The notes beneath the pieces are model-generated. The model did not search any database. It was not told where the DNA came from and worked only from the letters and a program-made list of their open reading frames with translations. The position numbers and the translations under genes are program-made. From an uncultured bacterium (lineage in GTDB: Bacteria; Verrucomicrobiota; Verrucomicrobiia; Limisphaerales; UBA8199), in contig CAVVMW010000015.1 of NCBI GenBank assembly GCA_963749495.1, forward strand, positions 462,777 through 526,776: DNA of 64,000 bases. Reading direction: 5' to 3'. This document shows, in pieces, positions 50,046-61,440 of this stretch. The first letter of the stretch is position 1. Each line of letters begins with the position of its first letter.

Positions 50046-51407
50046 TCATGACCCGCCCACTTGGTCCAGCGATTGCTCCAGGATGTCCCAGGCCCGGGCC
50101 AATTCCTCCTCCGTAACCGTCAGGGGCGGGGCCAAGGTCAGCACGTTGCCTTTGGACACCTTGAAGTTAAGGCCGCCGCGCAGCGCCGCGTACATGGCGC
50201 GTTCGGCCTCGTCGCACCCGGTGCCGCCCGGGCGGCCCACCTCGACACCGAGGAGCAGGCCCAGGCCGCGGACCTCGCGCACCAGTGGATGAGCGGCCAG
50301 GCGCCGGCGAAGGTCGGCCACCGTCTCGGCTCCGAGCTTTGCCGCGCGCTCGACCAGACGGCCTTCTTCGATGACCTCGAGAGTCGCCAGGCCGGCAGCG
50401 CAGGCCACCGGGTTCTTCTCGTGCGTGAAATGGCCCAGCGAGCGCTCTGCCGCCAGGTTGAGTTGCTCGCGCGCGAGGATTCCTGCGAGCGGGAAGACAC
50501 CCCCGCCAAGCCCCTTGCCCAGCACCACGATGTCCGGCACCACCCCGAAGTGCTCGAAGGCGAAGAACCGGCCCGTGCGGCCCAGGCCGATCGGAATCTC
50601 ATCCAGGATGAGCAGCGCCCCATGGCGGTCGCAGGCGGCGCGGATGCGCTTCCAGTAATCCGGCGGCGGGATCACCGGCACGTTGCGCACCGTCTCGGCG
50701 ATCACTGCCGCCACATCGCCCTCCCGCTCGAGGATATATTCAATGTAATCAGCGCAGGCCAGGTTGCAGGCGCCACCGCACCGGAACGGGCACTGGGACG
50801 GGTCCGGCGGCGGGGCGTGTTCGCAGCCGGGCAGCAGCGGCCCGGCGCCCTGGCGAAAGGCCCGTTCGCCGCCGATGGAGATGGCCTCCAGGGACGCGCC
50901 GTGAAACGAGTCCCACATCGAGACGGTCTTGAAGCGGCCGGTCGCGGCACGGGCCAGCTTGAGCGCCATTCCGATTGCCTCGGCGCCGCCGGGAGCGAAG
51001 AGCACGCGGCGGAGGTCGCCCGGGGCCTGGCCCGCCAGCTTTTCTGCGAACCGGATGGCAGGCTCGTTGGTGTAGCGCCGCGTGCAGAACGGGAGCGCGT
51101 CGAGCTGCGTTTTGATCGCCGCGATCACGCGCGGATGCCCGAAGCCCACTTGATGGACATTGTTGCCATGAAAGTCCAGGTAGCATCGGCCTTGCAGGTC
51201 CTCGATCCAGGACCCGTGCGCCGCGCGCAGGACGTTGAGGCACGGCGTGGACATGGCCTGGTGGATGAACAAACGGGCATCGTCCTCGAGCATCCGCTGT
51301 GTTTGGGGGCCGATGTGGGCCACGCGCCAGTCTCGGCGGTGAGAGGAGAGATTGATGTCGCCTTCAACGCGAAGGTGGGCGTGCTGGCTTTCTGGAGTGG
51401 AGGACAT
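50046..51407 (-). CDS. pbfA: Class III PLP enzyme, probable (R)-1-hydroxy-2-aminoethylphosphonate ammonia-lyase
   Basis: EGDINLS...FIHQAMSTPCL, LDFHGNNVHQVGFGHP, MWDSFHGASL, HFTHEKNP; clustered with phnW. Confidence 0.8.
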   Translation of the reverse strand: MSSTPESQHAHLRVEGDINLSSHRRDWRVAHIGPQTQRMLEDDARLFIHQAMSTPCLNVLRAAHGSWIEDLQGRCYLDFHGNNVHQVGFGHPRVIAAIKTQLDALPFCTRRYTNEPAIRFAEKLAGQAPGDLRRVLFAPGGAEAIGMALKLARAATGRFKTVSMWDSFHGASLEAISIGGERAFRQGAGPLLPGCEHAPPPDPSQCPFRCGGACNLACADYIEYILEREGDVAAVIAETVRNVPVIPPPDYWKRIRAACDRHGALLILDEIPIGLGRTGRFFAFEHFGVVPDIVVLGKGLGGGVFPLAGILAREQLNLAAERSLGHFTHEKNPVACAAGLATLEVIEEGRLVERAAKLGAETVADLRRRLAAHPLVREVRGLGLLLGVEVGRPGGTGCDEAERAMYAALRGGLNFKVSKGNVLTLAPPLTVTEEELARAWDILEQSLDQVGGS

Positions 51408-51511
51408 GTTGACTCACCAATGGGCTCCGCTCTCGATGCTATTCATGGTTGGCAAGACAATACTCGATTTGCCTGGGAATGCCAAAGTCGCTCTGATCCC
51501 GCCGGGCGTCC

Positions 51512-51892
51512 TCACCGGGTCAGATGTTGAAATTTCAGGATCTCCGCCGCCTTTTGGTCTCCCTGGCTCTGAGCGGCCTGTAGCGACTCACGCAGGGTGA
51601 GCGTTCCGCGGGCGACGAGGAGCGTCTGCTCTTTGGTCAGGCCCGGGAGTCCCGCAAGGGCCTGGAGGTCCATGAAGGCCTTCCCATAGTCCCGGGCACG
51701 CACCGAGGCAACAACCTGGTTGGCCAGGCCCTGGGGGTCGGCTGGGGCGCGCTTGAAGGCCTTTTCGAACTCCGCTGGCAGTTGGTCCAGGGCCAGAGGC
51801 GGCGGCGGCGAGTTGCTGTGACTGCACCCAGGGGAACAGGCCAGCAGGAACAGCAATCCAATCGTCAGGACGATCTCCAGATCAGGTTTCAT
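51512..51892 (-). CDS. Hypothetical lipoprotein
   Basis: Hydrophobic N-terminus with SPGC; follows the prepilin-type gene. Confidence 0.6.
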   Translation of the reverse strand: MKPDLEIVLTIGLLFLLACSPGCSHSNSPPPPLALDQLPAEFEKAFKRAPADPQGLANQVVASVRARDYGKAFMDLQALAGLPGLTKEQTLLVARGTLTLRESLQAAQSQGDQKAAEILKFQHLTR

Positions 51893-51911
51893 GCGCGTTG
51901 GGCGGCAAGGT

Positions 51912-52785
51912 TCACTCGGGGGCGGGCCGCTGGGGGATTAGTCCCGTGTAATGGCGGTAGTCGATCCCCACGTTCAGACCGGTGAACCGGAGCCTGGAGA
52001 CGTGCTGATCCACCCAGACCGTCTGGCAGCCCTTGCTGTGGCGATACCATTCCTGGTCAAAGTGGTAGCCATTGTAGAGCGCCGAGAGGCCTCCATAAGG
52101 CGGCTGGCCGATCCATTGGGTCAGAATCTGGGTGTTGCCGGGAAACAGGCCGAGGCTGTCCTCCGCTCCCTCCATCCTCTGTTCGGCCGCATCCTGGCAA
52201 AAGATCATCCTCGTGGGACTGGCATACGAGGAGACTTTCTTGACCTGAGGTTCGACCCTGGAATCGGTACGGGACGAGCAGGTACTGGCAGAGCCCGTAA
52301 GTGGAATTCTGCCAGAAGCTGGAGGGGTAATAGCGGCCATCGTCGTGCCATTCGTCGGCATGAACGCATTTTGGGCAGTGAAAGAGGTTCGGGTTCCGCC
52401 CGAAATAATCGAGGTAGCCCAGCGCCCAATAGGCATAGGGATCGTCGGGAGCCAGGAGGACAGTGGAGTGGGGATTTGCCGTCCACTGGCCGTCGTTGGG
52501 GATGTAGCCGCCGCCCAGGTTGAAATAGGTGTCGCTGTTATCGTGGGCGTACATGCTCGCTGCCAGGCCGATCTGCTTGAGGTTGTTCCGGCATTGGGCA
52601 CCCTTGGCCTTCTCCTTCGCCTGCGTCAGCGCGGGCAGCAGCATGCTGGCAAGAACCGCGATGATCGCGATCACGACCAGCAACTCGATCAAGGTGAAGG
52701 CGAGCGGCTTGGAGGCGCCTGGCCGGCCCGCCAGCGCCGGCCGCCCGCCGAACCAGCAACGAAATGCGGGAATCGTCTTTTTCAT
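51912..52785 (-). CDS. Prepilin-type N-terminal methylation / DUF1559-like protein (frameshift near 52255)
   Basis: [41 protein letters not shown]-terminal [14 protein letters not shown]. Confidence 0.85.
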
Positions 52786-53352
52786 TTGTCAACCGTGCAG
52801 TGAGTCTAAGGCCCAAAGTGATTCATTCAAAGGACAATTGTGCAACGTGTTCGCGACAATTGTGTCTTTGCCATCGTGCTGGCAGGGGAGCAGGGTAAAC
52901 CGGTCCGAGCAATCGGGTGTTGGTGAGAGTTCTTCTCGGCGAGTCGAATGGGCGGCTCTCCGGCCGGGCACTGAATTCTGAGTCAGGCTCATCGTGAAGT
53001 TACAGATGACATAGAATCTGCCTGATCGATTCGCGGACGCCCACATCGTCATCTACGACGAGAATCCGCCGCGCCGTGTTCGCCGGTGTTGTCACTCGGA
53101 CGGGGAGAGTATTCTGGCCCGTGGATATTATCAGTCGTTTTCTTGCCAACCTGCTGCGGCCTCGCCCGAAGGTGCGGGGTCAATGAACTCGCTCCCTGCT
53201 CCTGCTGGTCCGGCCGGCCTGTTTCGGCCCGACGGCCGAAGCGGCAGCAGCCGGACGGCCAGTTGCTCTGACAGCTCGCGCTCCGGGTCCGCAATCCGCG
53301 CTGGCCCAAAAACCGAGAGTAAGGCCTCAGTGAAGGCGCGAGCAGCACCGCG

Positions 53353-53540
53353 GGCAGGCCCCTCACCCCGGCCCTCTCCCCACCCGCTGCGACGGCGCGG
53401 CAGCGCGGGGAGTCGGATGGGGAGAGGGGGAATCGTCCGGAGCGGGTCGAGGAATCCGACAGGCCTGGAAGTTCAAGAGACTGCCGGCGCTTCTCCCTCT
53501 CCCCTTTGGAAGGGGAGAGGGCTGGGGTGAGGGGTCTGCC
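53353..53540. repeat. Palindromic intergenic repeat, same family as 8789-8940
   Basis: CCCCTCACCCCGGCCCTCTCCCC...GGGGAGAGGGCTGGGGTGAGGGG. Confidence 0.8.
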
Positions 53541-54028
53541 GGGCACTCCCTCGCCGCCCTCACTGGCCGGTTACAACTGAGAAAACATTTTTCTCGACAA
53601 TTCCGTTGCTTTCTGATTAGCATTTGAGATTCAAGCGCAGAGAACAGCAAGCGACCGTTAGGGTTTGCTGCCTTCTTACGGGTTTTGTTCGAGAGCCAGT
53701 TGTTGATGAAATCGGCAGTGGCGATGGCGAGATCGGCTTCGGGCGAGCATGTAGTGACGGCTCACCACTCCAGACTGCACACCAAAATTCGGCGTCTGAC
53801 CCTCCTGTCCGTTAAACTCACCGGCCCTTTCTTTCGTCCAGAACCGAGGAAATCCCGAAGCAACCCGCCAAGCGTTCAGGGCCAAATGAGTGCGCTTCTC
53901 GGCCAGAAGGGCCTTTTAACATGAGGCCGACCAGCAACCAATTCTCCCTCACCCGCGCAGCGTCAATCAAAAGGCGGTGCGCCAAAGAGCAACTTCCATC
54001 AGATGACAGTTCCAGCAGGCCGAACACT

Positions 54029-57000
54029 ATGAAAACACAAACCCTCATTCCGAGAACCACTTGCCCGAAAACGATGGCCGGGCGTTTAAGAAAGCCCTGC
54101 GCCACACGGCTCCTGGCGTTGCTCTTTCTGCTGACGCTGCCTGGCGTGCTGGAAGCTCAATTCACTTACACGACCAATAACGGCGCCATCACCATCACGG
54201 GATACACCGGTCCCGGCGGCGCGGTGACCATCCCCGGCACGATCAACGGCTCGCCGGTGACCAGCATCGGGGACAACGCGTTCGCTCACTGCGCCAGCCT
54301 GACCAGCGTCACGATCCCCGACAGCGTCATCAACATTGGGTACGGGGCGTTTATGCTCTGCCCCAAACTGAGCGCCATAAACGTGAACACAAACAATCGC
54401 GCCTATAGCGGTGTTGCTGGGGTCTTGTTCAACGAGAACCAGACCACGCTCATCCAATATCCAGCAGGCAAGGCCGGTAGCTACACGATTCCCGGCAGCG
54501 TCACCAGCATCGGGGACAACGCGTTCTATTACTGCACCAGCCTGGCCAGCGTTACGATTCCGGACAGCGTCACCAGCATCGGGGACAACGCGTTCTGTTG
54601 CTGCACCAGCCTGAGAGGTGTCACAATCCCCAACAGCGTCACCAGCATCGGGGACTCCGCGTTGATGGAGTGCTATAGCCTGACCAACCTTACGGTAGGC
54701 AGCGGCGTCACCAACATCGGGGTCGCCGCGTTCGACGGCTGCACCAGCCTGAAAGCGATAACGGTCGATCCGCTCAACTCCTCGTATAGCAGTGTGGGTG
54801 GGCTCTTGTTCAACAAAAGCCAGACCACGCTTTTTCAGTACCCGGGGGGCAAAACTGGAACCTACACAATCCCGAACAGCGTCACTAGCATCGGAGCTTG
54901 TGCCTTCCTTGACTGCACCACCCTGACCGGGGTCACGATAGGCAACAGCGTCGCTAGCATCGGAAACCAGGCGTTCAACTATTGCACTAGCCTGACGGCT
55001 GTCATAATTCCTAACAGCGTCACCAGCATCGGGGTCGATGCGTTCCTGCAGTGCTCTAGCCTGACCAAGCTTACGATAGGCAGTGGCGTGACCAGCATCG
55101 CGGACGCTGCGTTTCAATCGTGCTCCAATCTGACCAGCGTCTATTTCCAAGGGAACGCCCCCAGCCTTGGTTCGGATGTATTCGGCGGCGACAACAATGT
55201 GACCGTCTATTATTTGGCTGGGACGACGGGCTGGGGCACGACGTTTGGCGGGCGTCCGACCGCGCTGTGGAACTTATCGGTCCAGTACACAGTCGCAACA
55301 GGTTCCTTTCCCGCATCGGGCGGCTCGGTTTCAGGCGGGGGTTCTTTCGTCAGCGGCTCAAGCGTGACGGTCACGGCCACACCAAGCTTGGGTTACACCT
55401 TTGTGAACTGGACGGAGAACGGCGCACAGGTCAGCGCGTCGGCCAGCTACACGTTCTCCGTGACGACAAACCGGGCGTTGACGGCCAACTTCGCCCCGCT
55501 TTACACGGTCGCTGCCAGTGCTGCTCCCGCTGCGGACGGCTCGGTTTCAGGCGGGGGCAGTTTCGTCAGCAACTCAAGCGTGACGGTCACGGCCACACCA
55601 AGCTTGGGTTACGCCTTTGTGAACTGGACGGAGAACGGCGTCCAGGTCAGCCCCTCGGCCAGCTACACGTTCACCGTGACGACAAACCGGGCGTTGACGG
55701 CCAACTTCGCCCCGCTTTACACGGTCACCGCGAGCGCGTCCCCGAGAGCAGGCGGGTCAATATCCGGCGGGGGCACCTGCACCAATGGGGACTTCGTGGT
55801 GCTGATCGCGACCGCAAGCCCCGGCTACCATTTCCTGGATTGGACGGAAAACGGAGTGGTCTTGAGCATCTCGAACAGCTTGAGCTTTACCGTGGCGACA
55901 AATCGGAGTCTGGTGGGCTACTTTGCGATGAACCCGACTGACACCCTCACCGTGACCGCCGCGCCCACCGCTGGCGGCAGGGTCAGCGGCGGCGGCACTT
56001 TCGAGGCGGGCAGTTCGAGGACCGTGACGGCAGCCCCCAATGCCGGGTACATCTTTGCCACCTGGACAGAAAACGGGGGCATAGTGAGCGGTTCGGCCAG
56101 ATACACCGTCACGTTGCGGGGCGACCGCAACCTGGTGGCCAACTTCATTCCAAATCCGTTCCCTGGCGTCAGTGGCACCTACAGCGGCTTGTTTGCCGAT
56201 GAAACGAACGGGGTTTCTCAGCACAGTTGCGGCTGCTTCACGATCACGGTTGCGGCTAAAGGAGCTTACACCGCCAGCTTGCAGGTGGGGGGAGGCCGCT
56301 ATTCGCTCATCGGGCAATTCGATTTCGCCGGCACAGCCAGCCAGAGCATTGCGCGGCCTAACGCGCATGCGCTGACGGTGAACCTGCAACTGGACCTGGC
56401 AAGCGGGACAGACCGGGTGACAGGCAGCGTGAGCGATGGCACCTGGACATCGGCGCTGGCAGGGGACAGGGCGATCTACGACGGCAGGACCAAACTGGCG
56501 CCGGAGGCGGGGAGTTACACCATGATCCTCGCTGGCGCTTATGGCTCCGCCAATGAACCGGCTGGGGACAGCTACGGCACCTTCACAGTCGGCAAGAACG
56601 GCGCGATTTCGTTCACCGGCACGTTGGCGGATGGGACGAAGGTCACGCCCAGCGCACCGGTGTCCAAGTACGGACAATGGCCGTTTTACGCATCGCTCTA
56701 CGGCGGGCAGGGGGTGTTGTGGAGTTGGCTTGCCTTCACGAACGCCTCGGACCTCGGCGGCCCCGTCGCCTGGGTGAAGCTGCCCCTCAAGACGCAGGTA
56801 CTATCCTGCGGGCTTCTCCCTGGCTGCCGAGGCGCTCGGGGCGCGGTACTTTCCTCCCGGCAGAGGGACCAATGTGCTGGGCCTGACCACCAGCACGGAC
56901 TTGACCCTGACACTGGAGGGCGGCGGCTTGGCGCAGGGCATCACCAACCGGATCGCACTTGCGGGCAATAATCGCGTGACCACTTTGAGCGGTCCGCAGG

Positions 57001-57168
57001 CTCAGCCTGACCTTTACGCAGTCCACGGGCGGATTTCAGGGCAGCGTGGTGAATCACGCCACATCGAAGCCGGTTTCATTCGGCGGCGTGCTGTTGCAGG
57101 GCCGGGGGTTCGGTTCCGGCTTCTTCCTGGGCGCCAGCGGAAGCGGGGAAGTGCGGTTGGAGCCGTAG
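54029..57168 (+). CDS. Surface protein with BspA-type LRRs and InlB-B/Listeria-Bacteroides-like repeats (frameshifts near 56795 and 57000)
   Basis: Many VTIPxSVTSIGxxAF repeats; four GGSVSGGG...GYxFxxWTENG...LTANF repeats. Confidence 0.85.
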
Positions 57169-57514
57169 GCCGGACGGGTTGGTCAAGCACGAAGTCTGGC
57201 GGAACCGGAGCAGATTGCCGCCACGGTCCTGGACATGGTGTGTTATCCGACCTCGCCCGGTACGATACGGGGCCAGGGCAGCCCGACCGGAGCATCGGCA
57301 ACCCGGATTGGCTTTGGTTGTGCGAGCGCACGACCCTGCACATGAGCGGCCTCAACCCTCCGCCACAACCATAGCAGCGGTTCGGCTTCCGCGCACCTTT
57401 TCTGGCCGAGCGGCGCGCCGCCGGGCATCGAGCGCGCACTGGAGGTGGTCCATACGTCGGGCGGGACGGCTCGTTCGGTGGCGCAACCCGCGAACAGATG
57501 GTATTATTTCCTTC

Positions 57515-58075
57515 ATAAGCAACATCACCCAGATTCTTGAGGCGGCTGGACGGGGCGACCGCAGGGCCGCCGACGAACTCCTGCCGTTGGTCTATGGGGA
57601 ACTCCGCAAGCTGGCCAGGGCCAAGATGGCAAACGAGGCGATGGGCAACACCCTGCAACCCACGGCGCTGGTGCACGAGGCGTGGATGCGGTTGGTGGGC
57701 AAGGACAACCCAAAGTTTGCCGGGCGCGCTCACTTCTTTGCGGCCGCCGCCGAGGCCATGCGCCGCATCCTCATCGACCGGGCCCGCCGCAAATGCGCCC
57801 AGCGCCACGGCGGAGGCCAGGAACGGGTCGATATTCAACAGTTGGACATCGCTTCGCCAGGCCCTGACGATCAACTTTTGGCGATCAACGACGCTCTTGA
57901 GAAACTCGGTGCTCAAGACCCAATCGAAGCGGAATTGGTCAAACTGCGTTACTTCGTCGGCCTCACCACCGAGGAAGCCGCCGGCCTGCTGGACATCTCC
58001 CCGCGCACGGCCCGCAACTACTGGGCCCATGCCCGGACCTGGCTCTATCACGAGATCACGGTCCGCCGTCATTAA
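57515..58075 (+). CDS. ECF sigma factor, PVC kinase-associated type (start codon reads ATA)
   Basis: ITQILEA, LLPLVYGELRKLA, TLQPTALVHEAWMRL, AAEAMRRILIDRAR, VKLRYFVGL, WAHARTWL. Confidence 0.88.
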   Translation: MSNITQILEAAGRGDRRAADELLPLVYGELRKLARAKMANEAMGNTLQPTALVHEAWMRLVGKDNPKFAGRAHFFAAAAEAMRRILIDRARRKCAQRHGGGQERVDIQQLDIASPGPDDQLLAINDALEKLGAQDPIEAELVKLRYFVGLTTEEAAGLLDISPRTARNYWAHARTWLYHEITVRRH

Positions 58076-58117
58076 ACTATATTGCTGAAAGCGGTTCGGG
58101 CGCGAGATAGGGGCACA

Positions 58118-58215
58118 CAGCGCGGGAATGCCGCGCACTCCAGACGCTTCGCGAGTCCGGCCGCTCGTCCCTGTTTCGCGAAGCGTCTGGAGTGCGGCGC
58201 ATGCCGCCGCTTTGT
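58118..58215. repeat. REP-like palindrome downstream of the ECF gene
   Basis: GCACTCCAGACGCTTCGCGA...TCGCGAAGCGTCTGGAGTGC. Confidence 0.75.
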
Positions 58216-58423
58216 GCTTCGAAGCCCTATCGGGTACACAATCTATTGATTTGGGCGCAGAAATGCGGCCCGAACCCTCCCGCGCATTTTCCTTGAAATA
58301 ATTTGCCGCTTTGCCGGCGAAATCCCGCCTTGTCTCTGGGCGGGCAAATAAGCCCGCCCATCGAAAACTAAAAACAGGCCTTTGGGCCTCAACAAAAAGA
58401 GCAGACAACAAGAGGAGCAAATA

Positions 58424-59429
58424 ATGAAAAATCAAGTCATACGCAAAGATCAAAACAGTCCTGCGGGCACGAACAGCAGGATAAGGCAAGCGCTGATAGC
58501 CCTGGCACTGCTGGTCACAGCGGTGACCCCGGCTCTGGCCGACGACGACCGGCGCGAGGCACCCGCTTACACGTTCAGGACCTTCGATGTGCCGGGTGAA
58601 GCCCGGGTGTCGGAACGTCAATGGAGGCACCACGTTCTTTGGCATTAACAACAAAGGTGACATCGTCGGCGACTATGGAGTCGCCGGCGAATACCTGGCC
58701 GACGGCGTGACACATGTCGTGGCTGGATTCCTCTTGGAGAAGGGTCATTTCATCGACCTGGCGGTTCCGGGGTCGCCCTGGACTGAATTGCTTGGAATTA
58801 ATGATCATGGCGTCGCCGTTGGGGACTATTCAGACGCTGCCGGGAATTGGTGGAATATTGTTCGGCACCGGGATGGGACGATTCAGTTGCTGCCGCCGGT
58901 AGTCCCCGGCGCCCAGGGCGGCTGGGAGGGAATCGGCATCAATAACGAAGGCACGATCGTCGGGACGTACAGGTTGAGTGCCCCTCCCGCCGGATCATAT
59001 GGGATACCAGGCTCGAGCGGGTTCATCCTCGAAGACGGCGTTTATAGCACTTTCGATTACCCCAACTCTATCGGAACGCACCCGACTGGGATCAATGACG
59101 ATGGCGACATCGTTGGCCTTTGGAAAGACGCTAACAACGTTCTCCACGGGTTCTTATTGAAAGACGGCTCGTTTTCTTCCATTGACGTGCCTGCCGCCAT
59201 TAAAACGTATGCTGACGGGATCAACAACGCCGGCGAGGTGGTGGGGCGCTACTTCGATTCGAATTCAGTGCAACACGGTTTTGTGCTGTCAAGGGGTGTT
59301 TATGTCACTCTCGATTTCCCCGGGGCAAGCGACTCAGCCGCTTTCGGCCTCAACGACCATGGAGAGATTGTTGGCAGTTCCGACGGTGGCACCATCGGCT
59401 GGATCGCGACCCCGAAGCGAGACCGATGA
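58424..59429 (+). CDS. Secreted HAF-like repeat beta-propeller protein (frameshift near 58610)
   Basis: GAGGAG RBS, signal peptide, six GINxxGxIVG-like repeats with HGF. Confidence 0.75.
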
Positions 59430-59632
59430 ACGGAACCAAGACCAAGCTGTGAGCGTACCCAGGCGTGCTCAATCCTGGGCCTGGCTGCGGCAGCTCTTCA
59501 GGCCATGGTCGTGTGGAACAAAGCCACAGGGCCATGGCTCTTGGCGCCGTCTGACCGCAAGCGCCGAAAGCTGGTTGCCCCGCGCAGTTGCAGCCTTAGG
59601 CATTCAGTGTATTGTGAAAGATTGAACCACGC

Positions 59633-61122
59633 ATGAACACGCCCCCCAATCGCGAAGTGGCCCTCTTTACTGCCGCCCTGGAGCTGCCCGCCAGCGAGCG
59701 GGCCGCCTACCTGGAGGAAGCGTGCGCCGATGATCCCGCCCTGCGCCTTCGCATCGAACTCGGCAACGCCCTGAGGCAACGTGGCGACTTGACCAAAGCC
59801 GAGAACCTCATCGGAGAGGCGCTGGCGCTGCAAACCAAACTGTTCACCAACGACACTCCGGATGTGGCCAGGCTGCAGTTGGCGCTCGGGTGCGCGCAAC
59901 TCGGGTTGGGGTCTGCGGAAAGGGCGATTCCGTTGTTCGTCAAGGCCCGGGCCACGCTCGCGGCCCTAGCAGGCCCTGAGGATCCCGAGACGCTCGGGAG
60001 CATGAGCCTCCTGGCGGGGGCATATCGGGATGCCGGGAAGCTTGACCTAGCCCTCCCGCTGCTGGAGGAGACGCTCAAACTGAGGAAGGCGGTCCTGGGC
60101 CCGAGCATCCCGACACGCTCATGAGCATGAACAACCTGGCGGCCGGGTATTGGGCCGGTGGAAAACTCGATTTGGCGGTGCCGCTCTTCGAAGAGACGCT
60201 CAAGCTGGAGAAGGCCAGACTTGGCCCCGAACACCCCGGCACACTTCAGACCCAGGCCAACCTGGGTGTGAATTACAGAGACGCCGGAAAGTTTGACTTG
60301 GCGGTACCGCTGTTCGAGGAATTGCTTAGGCTGCAGAAGGCTAAGCTAGGACCCGAGCACCCGGACACTCTTCTATCGCGGTTGAATCTAGAGTCCTTGA
60401 ATTTCAAAACGTGATGCAGACAAGCCAAGTTTGTGGCACGGGCATCCTGCCCGTGGGGGCTTGGGCAGGATGCCCGAGCCACGGTCTGAGGCCTTGCCTC
60501 GCTAGGCGTCAATTACAGAGACGCCGGCCGATTCGACGAAGCCATCCCCCTCCTTGAAGAAGTGGCCGACCAGGTGAAGCACCGCCCGGAGCTCGGGCAG
60601 CTTGGGTGGGTTGGGGAAGCCTTGGATCAGACCTACGACCGCGCCGGGTTGTTCGCCCAGGCCGAGGCGCTAGATCGGCAGGGCCTGACCAACGCAACCA
60701 GCCACTTCGGCAGCAACGACTTGCGAACGGCAGGCGCGATGGCCCACCTCGGACGCATCCTGCTGCGGCAACACAAGGCGATCGAGGCCGAGAGGCTGCT
60801 GCAACAATGCTTGACCATCCGCGAGCTGCAGGACGCCGACGCATGGACCACTTTTAATACGCGCGCGCTGCTGGGCGGCGCGCTGCTGGACCAGAAGAGG
60901 TATCCGGAGGCCGCACCGCTGCTGTTGGCCGGCTACGCCGGCATGAAGCAGCGTGAGGACAAGATCCCCTCTTTGGGCAAGCCGCGTCTGAAGGAAGCCC
61001 TTCAACAGTTGGTCCAACTCTATGAGGCCACCGGCCCGTCGGATCAGGCGGCGCAATGGAAACAGAAGCTGCGTGAACTGGACTCGGCTGTGGCCGACGC
61101 GACTCAGCCTGCGCAGAAATAA
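59633..61122 (+). pseudogene. Ser/Thr kinase-TPR gene lacking the kinase domain, frameshifted (~60100) and interrupted by a MITE
   Basis: LFTAALELPASERAAYLEEACADDPALR N-terminus joined directly to LGPEHPDTL-type TPRs; LLLAGYAGM C-terminus. Confidence 0.8.
60388..60505. mobile_element. 118-bp CTAG-bounded miniature element, copy 2 (inside the TPR gene)
   Basis: CTAG duplicated; excising 114 bp restores ...TTG AAT CTA GGC GTC AAT TAC (LNLGVNY). Confidence 0.9.
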
Positions 61123-61440
61123 GTCGGGACAAACCACACGTTTTAAGATCCCGGCTCCGGACGCCTGCCCGGGCGCATCTGGCCGGTACAACCACGCCAT
61201 GAACGGCCAGGCCCAAAGCTGGCATGCCTGAGCCATCCCGAAGGGATTGGAATCACTCAGCCCAGGGTTGAACGAAGCCGCTTCGCGGCGGAGAAGACGG
61301 GACTCCTGCGGCTTCGCAGTTCGCAGGCTGGAGGGCTTGTTTTGCATTGGCCTTTGGTGGGGACTCCCCCAGACTGATGACGGTTCGCCGTGCATTGACG
61401 CACGGCAAACCGTCACCATTAACTTGTAGCTACCGCAGCT

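Noticed and set aside
52990..53012. Pho box upstream of the phosphonate cluster
   Set aside because: TGTCAT and TGTAAC are present on the minus strand but 7 bp apart, not at the 11-bp period.
54250..55730. Near-identical DNA repeats as DGR template/variable repeats
   Set aside because: They are in-frame LRR and ~72-aa domain repeats; no reverse transcriptase or adenine-specific mismatch pattern noticed.
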